From positions 1 through 9,818 of the forward strand of contig NZ_JAEDAM010000037.1 in NCBI RefSeq assembly GCF_018420025.1: a stretch of DNA of 9,818 bases, written 5' to 3'. Source of the stretch: Candidatus Vampirococcus lugosii. Its GTDB lineage: Bacteria > Patescibacteriota > Gracilibacteria > Absconditabacterales > Absconditicoccaceae. Under the pieces are notes generated by a model. That model ran no database searches and was not told the DNA's origin. It saw only the letters and a program-made list of their open reading frames with translations. Shown here piece by piece: positions 1-8,869 of this stretch. Each line of letters starts with the position of its first letter. The stretch's first letter is position 1. The translations under genes were made by a program, and so were the position numbers.

Positions 1-3000
1 ATATCAAGATTAATTGAAGGTTCTACTATTGTAATAAGTTGATCAGATTGTCAAGTTAAAATTGTATCTCATAATTCATAATTTACTTCAACAGAATTTA
101 ATTTTGTATCTCACAATTTATTATTTTGAGAATCAAGAACGACAACATCATACTTAATAATTATATATTCTATATTAGTTCCAGTATTTGAATTTACTAT
201 ATCTTGAAATTCAAAATTTATATTTTCATTAATAATATTTTTAAATCATCAAGTATAAACTACTCAAGTTGATGCTTGTATTTCCAAACTATCTTGTAAT
301 ATAGATAATCCTGTTGGTAAAGTATCATTTATTTCAAGATTTTGAGTTGTTCATTTCAATAATGGAATTTGTATTTTATATTTTCATTTTTCTCATATTC
401 AAAGTTCTCAATTTCAAGGATTTTCAAGAGTTTTTATTATTCAATTATCTGTTCTTATATTTATTGTATCATAATCACTTGTAGTGTATTCTCTTCTATA
501 ATTATTATCAACTCAAGGATATGAATAATAGTCTATATTTACTGCTCAACTAAGTAATTCTCAATAAGTTACTGTATTTTCCAATATAGTATTATAAGTG
601 TATTCAATACTGTCTCATACTTCCAAAACTGTTGAACCTGAATTAAATTCATAATCTCAAGAAATAGTTGTTTTATTTGGAAGATTGTCTTCCCATTCCA
701 AATCATAAGCTGGTGCAGATCAATTATTTGTTATATTAATTGTTGTTTGTATTTCATCTCATCATTGTCAATAATTTTTACTAAATTCTTTACTTATAGT
801 AATATTAGGTTCTACTATATCAAATTTAGTTTTTTCTGTATTAGAACAATCAGGTTCACTATGTATTTTTTCATTATCATCTCAATTATAACTTAATTTA
901 ATTGTAGAATTTTTATTTCATCATGCTTGATTATTTGTATCATCAAGAACTATTGCTTTAGTTTCCAAAACAAAACCTGTTCAAGATCATGTTCATACAT
1001 TAATTATATCTCCAAAATCAAACTCTATAATATTTCAAGATAATGTTATATTATTTGATGTGTTTGATACTACTAAATTATTCAATATTTTTCATGTCAA
1101 AAATTCTATTCAATTAGGCAATTCTTGTTTAAGTTTTACTCATGTCAAATTTAGTTTTGGAATATCAACATTTATTTTATATGTAATTTCTTCTCATATA
1201 GCCAAATCTGAACAATTTATATTAAAATTATCTTTATTAGTTCCTGTAAGAGATGTTGATTCAATAAAATGATTTATTTCAAGATCATCAATATCTAAAT
1301 TAATAAAAGTGTCTCATGTATATTGTCTTTCTTCTCAATTATTATTTTTCAATGTTGAATATTCAAGATTTACTTTATTTTTTTCTTGTGTTCAAGCTAT
1401 AACTCATGATAGTACTTCTACTTCAAAATTTATAGTTTGTGTATTGTTAATAAGTAATTCATCAAGTGTTAATCAACTTGAGAATAAATCTTCAGCAGTC
1501 CCATTAAAATCTAAATTTCATGTTAATGTTCATGATAAATATTTAAGATTAGTAGGTAAAATATCTTTAACATTTAAATTATAAGCTGGAGAATTTGATG
1601 ATGAATTATGTTCAATATTAATTGTATATTTAACAGTATCTCATACTTGTGCATTTGAAGGATTTACCGTTTTACTTATATCAAGATTAGGTTCTACTAT
1701 ATCAAAATTTACTTGATTTGCAGTTTTACTATTATCTCAATCATAATTTATATTAATATTAGAATTTTTAGTATTTCATTCTTTATTATTTTCGTTATTA
1801 AGAACTCTTGCTGTAGTTTGTAAAACAAAACCAGTTCAAGATCAGGTTCATACATTAATTATATCTCCAAAATCAAACTCTATAATATTTCAAGATAATG
1901 TTATATTATTTGATGTGTTTGATACTACTGAATTATTCAATATTTTTCATGTCAAAAATTCTATTCAATTTGATAATTCTTGTTCAAGTGTTAATCATGT
2001 CAAATTTAATTTTGGAATTTCAATATTAATATTGTATATAACTTCTTCTCATATAGTTAAATTATCTCAATTTGTTCATGTAAGAGATGTTGATTCAATA
2101 AAATGATTTATTTCAAGATTATCAATATTTAAATCAATATTATCTGATTTATTATATTTTTTTTCATTTCAATTATTATTTTCTAATGTTGAATATTCAA
2201 GATTTACTTTATTTTTTTCTTGTGTTCAAGCTATAACTCATGATAGTACTTCTACTTCAAAATTTATAGTTTGTGTATTGTTAATAAGTAATTCATCAAG
2301 TGTTAATCAACTTGAGAATAAATCTTCAGCAGTCCCATTAAAATCTAAATTTCATGTTAATGTTCATGATAAATATTTAAGATTAGTAGGTAAAATATCT
2401 TTAACATTTAAATTATAAGCTGGAGAATTTGATGATGAATTATGTTCAATATTAATTTCATAAGATACTTCATCTCATACTTGTGCATTTGAAGGATTTA
2501 CTGTTTTACTTATATCAAGATTAGGTTCCAAAATATTAACAGGAGTATTTTTACTTATAGATTTAGATGAATAATTAAATTCTCATTCTGCTTTTCTATT
2601 TGTTCATTTTGAAATAGTATTTTTAACTATAGCATTAGTTTGTATTACAATACTTTGTGGATTTGTACTTGAATTAACTATATCTCAAAAATCTATTGTA
2701 GTTCATGTAAATATTGTTCAAGTTGTAATTGAAGATCAAGAAAAAGTTAAATCAGATCATAAGGAAACAATAGAACCACTAATAAATTCCAAATTACTAT
2801 GAAGATTTTCTTCAAATGAAGTTCATATATATGTTCATCATGATAAAGTAATTGTTGTCTCAAAACTTATTTTTTCTCATATAAGTAAATCGTTACCAGT
2901 ACTTCGTGTTTCTGAACTTCAAGAAATAATTCTTGATATTCATGGTCTTGCAAGTTCAAAATCAATATCAGTAGAAATAGGTCAGAAATTATTTACTTCT

Positions 3001-5615
3001 TTGGAATCAGCATCTTCACTTGAATAATAATCCATAGATATACTATTTTTTCTATTATTTCAATCTATAACAAAACCAGTAGTAGGAGCTAGTGTATAAT
3101 CAATAATAACAGATTTACCTTTTTTAATATTTGATCTTGAATTTATTTTATTAAAAGAAATTTCAAGATTTGTTCAAGATTGATTAAAATTTGCACCTGT
3201 TACTGTAAATCCTGATCAAACTATACTACCAGTATAAAAATTCATATTTTCTGGAATAATATCAATTAGATTTTCAACATAAGCATCATTTCTTCATTTT
3301 GAATTATCAATTATCACTTCAAAATCAACATTATTTCAATATGAAACATTTGTTCAAGTTGAATTTTTTGATACTTCTAAAGCAGGAAGTCATATAGTAA
3401 AAGGAACTTCCATTTTATTCATATTAAAAAGTTTTCATTCAGAATTTCTAAAACTTGCTATAGCTACATTTTTTTGTGGAAGTTCTCATTCATTATTGTA
3501 AGAAGAAGGTTTTTTATCCAAAATATCAACATCAAAAGTAATAGCAAAAGTATTACCTCACATTCAACTTCATAAATTAAATTCAATATTATTTGCATCC
3601 GTTGTTTCTATCCAATGATTATCTGATGCAGTATCTCAACTTAAAACAAGACCATTAAATTCATTATTAATTCAATTCCAATCATTTGTAAGTAGATCAT
3701 TTCAAAATATATCTTTAAGATTTTCATCAGTTTGAAAATTTATATTAGATATATTATCATTTGGTCACATTAATAATGGAATAGCATCTTTTATATTTAT
3801 TCATGTAAAATATACATTTGGAAATTCTACTTCTATAGCAAATTTAAGAGTAGATCATACGGGTAAAGCAGTTCAAGTATTATAATTACTATTATTATCA
3901 CTATTATAAATTGTTCAATCAGGTAATTCTACTGAAATTAATCTTTTTTTATTTGTAGGAACTGGAGCAGTTACACTTGCACTAGAATTGTATTCAAGAC
4001 TTGTTCATACAAGATAAGTATATCAATATCACCACCATCCAGAATAAACATATGAAATATATCAATAAAATTTGGCTTGATTAGTTAAAGTTTTTGTATT
4101 TTCATAAGTTCAATCTTCAATATCTCAATCCAAAATTGCTCTATATTCTATTGTTACAGTATCACCAGAATAAATATGTCAAGTTCATAAAGAAAAAATT
4201 AATTCAGTTTCTCAAGTATTAAGTAATTTTGATCAAGAAAAAGTAAAATTATTTCATGATCAAGAATTTGTACTTGAAAAATTTCATGTATATGATATTC
4301 AATCTGGTAAAGTATCAACAATATAAGTACCAGAACCTAAAGCTCCAAAATCAATATTTTTACCAAGATTTAATGTAAGTGTATAATTCAATTCATCTCA
4401 TATAACTGGATTTGATTTATCAACAATTTTACTAAAACTAGCATAAACTAAAGAATAAGTAGTTGATTTTTTGATAGAAGATGTTATTTGATTTGAAGTA
4501 TTTCATTTGTTCCATGTTCATTCTGCAAGCATTGTTGTATCACTTGACCAAGAATCTCAATTATTTATTTGAGCTGATTCATTTAATTCTATACTTCAAT
4601 CTAGATTGTATGAATCAATTTGAGATGATAATCACCTAGTTTTGTATTTAATTTCAAGAGTTTGTCCAGTTCATACATTAATTCATGATAAATCAAGTTG
4701 TACATATCAAGAATCATCACCAGTAAGATAATTTATGTTTATATTTGATACTCATCATGTTTGAGTAAATCATAAAAACTCTCTATTATTAGAAACAATT
4801 TCTTGAATATGTAAATCATTTAATGATCATTGAGAATTTCATTCAATTTTTATTGAAGTTTCATATTCATTTCAAACTATAAATTTTGTAGCTCAAGCTT
4901 TTGATATTTTATAAGGTACAAAACTAGTTGTAGCAGATTCAAAATAAAATCATTCTATATAATTAATACCAGATTCATAAAATTGATAATATGGACCAAA
5001 ATAAAAAGTATATCAATTTGCAGATTCAAAAAGATTTGCGGGGAAATTTATATCATTTGCATTATATTCAATAATTGATCATGTACCAGCAAAATTTATT
5101 GAACCTGGCATTGCTGACGAAGGTGCTCAATCTGGAACTGCTCATCTTCAATATATACTATTTTCAGCATATGCAAGAACCTTTATTTCTGTATCATCAA
5201 AAAGATCTATATTATTATTAGATTTTAAATTTAAAGTATAATTTTCAGAAGTTGTCTGTACTAATACATCATCAGTTTTGAAAAATAAATATTGTCATCA
5301 TGTATATGAAATTATTTCATAAGGATCTCATAAATCACTACTAGAAATAAATTCAATATTATCTGGAATATTTACTATAAATCAAGGATTAAATGCCTCT
5401 CATTCAGAACTTTTTTTATTTTTAAGATTTATTTTTAGTTGAAAATTTTCTCATAAAATATTTGATTCACTAAGTGAAGGATTTACTTCAAGATCTAATT
5501 TTGCTGATCAATCAATATTAGAACCAGAACCATTAGCAAAAATATTATTAAAAATAAAAGTTCATATAAATAATATGGAAATAATTAATAATTTTATTAT
5601 TTTGTTCAAACTCAT
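1..5615 (-). CDS. Giant secreted surface protein / putative adhesin built from repeated DUF11-type (TIGR01451-like conserved repeat domain) beta-sandwich modules. The N-terminus is complete and the C-terminus runs off the left edge (>=1871 codons, table 25).
   Basis: I checked every codon of the minus-strand frame by hand (plus-strand codon starts divisible by 3). There is no TAA or TAG from 5615 down to 3, while TGA occurs very often. In sequence this AT-rich, that is not expected by chance. The ATG at 5613-5615 has an in-frame TAA at 5619-5621, one codon upstream, so it is the first possible start. The N-terminus is MSLNKIIKLLIISILFIGTFIFNNIFA/NGSGS. The recurrent module EPNLDISKTVNPSNAQVGDEVSYEINIEHNSSSNSPAYNLNVKDILPTNLKYLSGT (2361-2528, twin at 1527-1694) fits the DUF11 pattern (GD-x-V-x-Y-x-I ... 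A-x-N-x-x-V-x-D-x-LP-x-x-L-x-Y). At least six such modules are recognisable, e.g. KIVDKSNPVIGDELNYTLTLNL...VDTLPDGISY and ITISKEFSKNYGQGGDEIQTTINITNNGSAPAYDLEWEDNLP. Confidence 0.85.
808..2523 (-). repeat. Intragenic tandem duplication of a two-domain module inside the adhesin gene: unit A 808-1689 (882 bp, 294 codons) and unit B 1690-2523 (834 bp, 278 codons).
   Basis: Direct comparison shows that 1351-1623 and 2185-2457 are identical over 273 bp. Segments 1639-1689 and 2473-2523 differ at 1 position. About 170 bp around 975-1140 differs from 1830-1995 by only a handful of mismatches. The remaining stretches are clearly diverged and carry in-frame indels: the offsets between matching landmarks are 882, 855 and 834 bp, all multiples of 3. 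The similar plus-strand track ORFs at 1060..1272 and 1915..2106 are antisense echoes of this repeat. Confidence 0.9.
5535..5615 (-). other. Predicted Sec-type signal peptide of the giant surface protein (about 27 aa).
   Basis: The translation is MSLNKIIKLLIISILFIGTFIFNNIFA|NGSGSN. It has Lys residues in the n-region, an uninterrupted hydrophobic core, and small residues (F-A) before a polar Asn/Gly/Ser stretch. The cleavage position is my estimate only. Confidence 0.6.
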
Positions 5616-5626
5616 TTTTTATTTTT

Positions 5627-5653
5627 ATATATGTAAAATATATTTACATATAT
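5627..5653. promoter_or_regulatory. AT-rich palindrome (11-bp arms, 5-nt spacer) 12 nt upstream of the adhesin start codon. Possible operator or weak RNA hairpin; function unknown.
   Basis: The sequence atatatgtaaa-atata-tttacatatat has arms that are perfect reverse complements. It lies in the 68-nt gap (5616-5683) between the small ORF stop and the adhesin ATG. A weak sigma70-like pair on the minus strand overlaps it: TTGACT at 5672-5677 and TATAAT at 5652-5657. The spacer between them is only 14 nt. Confidence 0.3.
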
Positions 5654-5683
5654 TATATATAAAAATAAAAAAGTCAAAATATT

Positions 5684-6079
5684 TTATATATTATAATTAT
5701 TTGTATTATTTGTAGTTCATGCTTCATCTGGTCTTATTTTTTTAGTTATAGCAGTTAATACTTCTGTTCTGAAATGAAAATCTCATATTCTATTTATATT
5801 AGAATCTAAAACATTTCTTCATTCAATTTTTAATTTAATTGTATTATTAAATAATCTACACATTTGTTCTTTTTCTATATCTAATCTAGTAATTATTTGA
5901 TTTCTATTTTCGGTATCTTGTGGAATTAAATCTTTTTTTTCATCAAAAATATTATTTATTATATCTTTTCATTTATCCAAAAAATCTGATAAAGTAATTT
6001 TTTCATTGTTTTCTTCATTTGATAATAATTTTTCAAATCTATTATCTAGCTTAAAATTTCATTCATCTTTATTTCACAT
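5684..6079 (-). CDS. Hypothetical small hydrophilic, charged protein (131 aa, table 25) with no recognisable family.
   Basis: The ORF runs from ATG 6077-6079 to TAA 5684-5686, with 5 or more in-frame TGAs and no TAA/TAG. An open run of 131 codons (168 if the upstream open frame to 6187 is counted) is very unlikely by chance at this AT content. The translation is MGNKDEGNFKLDNRFEKLLSNEENNEKITLSDFLDKGKDIINNIFDEKKDLIPQDTENRNQIITRLDIEKEQMCRLFNNTIKLKIEGRNVLDSNINRIGDFHFRTEVLTAITKKIRPDEAGTTNNTNNYNI. It starts 13 nt after the TAG of the upstream gene. The start is uncertain because upstream in-frame TTG codons exist at 6145, 6172 and 6181. Confidence 0.6.
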
Positions 6080-6092
6080 AATTTCTTGTAAA

Positions 6093-8804
6093 CTAAAACC
6101 TCCAAAAATTGATCCTAATAAATAGGAAGTTTTTTTTGGGATCAATTCAAGCTTGTGATTTCAAATTTGCAACTTTATCAAGTTTATTTACTCTTCTTCA
6201 TCATTCAATAGCAGAGAATAAAAAAGATTTAACAACATCTCTAACACCAATATCTTCATTATCTAATCATTTAATATTTGCTGATAAAGCGGATATAGCC
6301 GTTATATCAATTCCTAATAAAGCAAGTTTTCAAGCTATATCTTTATTATTTAAAATATTTCTAAAATCCATATTTTTTGTAAAACCTAAATAACCAAGAG
6401 CAGCAGCTGAAACATAAAAATCATTTCATCGATTTCATTCTTGATTTCATAATTTACCGTCTCTGATAAGTCATTCAGTTTCAACAGAGAAAAAATTGAA
6501 AGGCACTGATTTTGCAATTCAAACTCATCATTTTATTGTATTTTGTGCACCTTCCCAATTATTAATAACTTTAGAAGCACCTTTAATGAATCAATCCCCT
6601 TTTTGATACCATGTAGTTGATTTATATGCTCTAAGTCATCTTATAGTTGCACTTGTAGCGGCCCTTGCTCACATAGTGAGAAGTTTAGTTGCTATCATTG
6701 ATAATCAAACTCAAGCTACACTAGAAAGTCATATAATTGCTATTTCAAATGCAAGTTCTCACAAAATTTCTTTAGTATCATTAGATAAGTTAAACCATCA
6801 AATTCATTCTATATCACCATACATTTTCAAAAAAGGATTATTACCATCATAAGATCAAGACCAATTTGTATTTGTTTTAACAATTGCTTCTGTTATAGAT
6901 TGATTTACAGCACCTTGTAATAACATTACTTCTAATTCTTTTTTTGCATCATTTTCTGCATCAGCAATAAGTTTTTTAATTTTTTCTTTTTCTTCTTCAT
7001 CTTCTACATCATCTAATTTTTCTTCTAAATTATTTATATAATTATCAATTATTCCATCTGATTGACTAACTACCTTTTCTATCCTTTTAAAAAATTGAGA
7101 AATTTTTCTATTAAGTTCCATCCCTTGACTAAGTTCTCAATGTTCATTATTAAATAATCAAGAATTTATAAATTTTTCAATAATCGGATCATGTTCTAGA
7201 TTAGAACTTTCTATACGACCTCCACGAGATGTAGATTTATATAATTTAGAAATAATATTGTCTATTCATTCTTCTTGTATATATGAAATTAATTCATTAA
7301 TATCTCAATGATTAATTTGATTTTCAAAATCATATCAATAATCTTCATTTTCACCATATTCGGTTAATATATCAGGATTATTAATTACATATTCTTGAAC
7401 TAATTCTCATGCTTTTTTATGATCACCAAATTCCGTTTCTATTATTTGAAAAAGTTCTAAATGTCTATCATGTGAGCTTTTACCATCTTTATTATTTAGT
7501 AATTCATCAATTTTATTTCTTAATCATTCATTTTTATCTATCATTTTTGGTAAACTTCATACTCTATGTAGATGTTTATCTTCTACTATTATATCATCAA
7601 TTATAGTGCTTTTAATATTTTCTAATTTACTTGTTAATTCTTTTTGTACTTTTTGTAAATTATCTTCAATTCATCATTCTTCATAATCTCATATTATATT
7701 TATCAACATACCTTTCATAGGAACAGGAGAAGATAAGTATAAATCAATATAAGATATTTTTTCATAAATATCTCAAGATTCATTGTCTAAATCATTAAGT
7801 GCATCCAAATCTAATTCTATATTTTCTACTCTTCCAAAAACATTTTTTTTCTCATAATCTCATTGAAAAACATATAATAATTCTTTGGCAATATCAAAAT
7901 CTTCCAAACATTCTTCTTTTACTTTTTCCAAGAATTCTTTTGATTTCTCAAAATCTTTACTTTCAAAAAAATTTTTTGATTCCATAAAATCTGATATTTT
8001 TTCTTCAATTCAATTTAATCATTTAAGATGTGGATATTTATCAAAAAAATCTTCTATATTAGAACCAAAACTATTCATACTTTCAAAAATATCATCAAAG
8101 TCAGTTTCAATTATATCTCAATTATATAATATATTAAACTTTCACTCTTCATAATTAGAACTTAATAAAATTGGTGTATTTTCCATTTTTTCAATATATT
8201 CTCTAATTTCAGAATATGTATCTGGAGATATATTATTATATTCTGCTATTTCATCCCAAGTAATTCATTTACTTAATAATTCCATTAAATTAAAATAAGA
8301 TTCATCACCATTTTCATCTTTATAATTAATCATAAGATTATCGTTATCAGAAACTTGAAAAACTTTACTATCTTTTATATTAATAGTTAATGATTGTCAT
8401 ATATTTATTTTATCAACATCTTCTATTTCGTTTTTATCAATTAAATATTCAATTTTTAATCAATAATCTTTTGCAATTTGAGATAATATATCTCAATGCA
8501 TAACATCATGTTCTATTGTTTGTTGAACTCTTTCATCAATATTATTTAATAAATTAGTGACCAAATCATTTGATTTATATTCCATATCATTATTTGCAAT
8601 AATTTTTATCAAAAAATCAACTAATCAATATTGAATAGCTTCTTTTTGAGAATCACTGAGTTCATCTGTATCATAAATTTCTTCCATAAAAGAAGATGAT
8701 TTTAATACTATACTTTCAACAATATTTTCTTTTTCTTCAGAGGAAATATCACTATTTTCCAATCTAGTATCAACTGCTTTTTGTGTAAATTGTTCTATAC
8801 TCAT
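6093..8804 (-). CDS. 903-aa LysM domain-containing orphan protein (table 25): acidic helical N-terminal two-thirds and a hydrophobic Gly/Ala-rich C-terminal third, with no signal peptide.
   Basis: The ORF runs from ATG 8802-8804 (MSIEQFTQKAVDTRLENSD...) to TAG 6093-6095 (...KKNFLFIRINFWRF*). I translated every codon by hand and found only TGA interruptions. The track ORFs 8625..8921(-) and 6855..7121(-) are in the same frame and are fragments of this gene, each cut at a TGA. The LysM match is at residues ~100-143. I prefer the 8804 start over the track start at 8921. The 39-codon extension reads like translated AT-rich promoter DNA (YPKKIIANKYFLYIIYSKHYIFKYKLI) and contains a good TTGCAA-16-TATAAT promoter candidate. 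Confidence 0.8.
6096..6770 (-). other. C-terminal hydrophobic / Gly-Ala-rich region of the 903-aa protein, probably membrane-associated. The strongest transmembrane-helix candidate is at 6690-6743.
   Basis: The translation begins ...EILGELAFEIAIIGLSSVAGVGLSMIATKLLTMGARAATSATIRGLRAY..., with an 18-residue uncharged core IAIIGLSSVAGVGLSMIA at residues ~688-705. Shorter amphipathic or hydrophobic stretches follow: FYVSAAALGYLGF, IAGKLALLGIDITAISALSANI and VVKSFLFSAIEGG. The composition changes abruptly from the preceding Asp/Glu/Lys-rich region. This is assessed by eye only; I ran no TM predictor. Confidence 0.5.
8376..8507 (-). other. LysM (peptidoglycan/chitin-binding) domain within the 903-aa protein.
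   Basis: DVMHGDILSQIAKDYGLKIEYLIDKNEIEDVDKINIGQSLTINI aligns with the LysM consensus Y-x-V-x-x-GDTL-x-x-IA-x-x-YG-x-x-x-x-x-L-x-x-x-N-...-L-x-x-GQ-x-L-x-I. All three signature glycines (GD, YG, GQ) are encoded by TGA, at 8493-8495, 8460-8462 and 8397-8399. Confidence 0.75.
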
Positions 8805-8841
8805 AATTAATTTATATTTAAATATATAATGTTTTGAATAA

Positions 8842-8869
8842 ATTATATATAAAAAATATTTATTTGCAA
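8842..8869 (-). promoter_or_regulatory. Candidate sigma70-type promoter for the LysM-protein gene or operon.
   Basis: On the minus strand, TTGCAA (8864-8869) is followed by a 16-nt spacer and then TATAAT (8842-8847). This sits ~38 nt upstream of the ATG at 8804. The background is so AT-rich that -10-like hexamers are common, hence the low confidence. Confidence 0.35.

Noticed and set aside
1060-2106. Plus-strand track ORFs 1060..1272, 1309..1584 and 1915..2106. Two of them have near-identical MFDTT.LFNIFHVKNSIQ... products.
   Set aside because: They lie antisense to the long table-25 adhesin ORF. They have low-complexity Phe/Ile/Ser/Leu-rich translations with no motifs. Their similarity simply mirrors the tandem duplication in the adhesin gene. 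I treat them as shadow ORFs.
808-2523. Long direct repeats considered as a CRISPR array, IS element or other mobile DNA.
   Set aside because: The repeat period of ~834-882 bp is far too long for CRISPR, and there is no short repeat/spacer alternation. The repeats are in-frame coding modules of one ORF. There are no terminal inverted repeats and no transposase-like ORF.
6855-7121. Track ORF 6855..7121(-) (MELNRKISQFFKRIEK..., 88 aa) considered as a stand-alone small gene.
   Set aside because: It is in the same frame as, and contiguous with, the 903-aa ORF. Its apparent stop at 6855-6857 is TGA, and its Met is an internal residue preceded by open, coding-looking sequence.
5411-7850. Homopolymeric A/T tracts of 7-8 nt inside coding regions (e.g. 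5411-5417, 5933-5940, 6131-6137, 7843-7850) considered as phase-variation slippage sites.
   Set aside because: Tracts of this length, encoding Lys-Lys, are expected at high frequency in a genome this AT-rich. None is unusually long or positioned near a start codon in a way that singles it out.
6109-8154. Plus-strand track ORFs 6109..6393, 7409..7606, 7799..7987 and 7885..8154.
   Set aside because: They are antisense to the 903-aa minus-strand ORF. Their translations are Phe/Leu/Ile/Tyr-rich strings typical of the complement of Lys/Glu/Asn-rich coding sequence, two of them overlap each other, and none has a recognisable domain.
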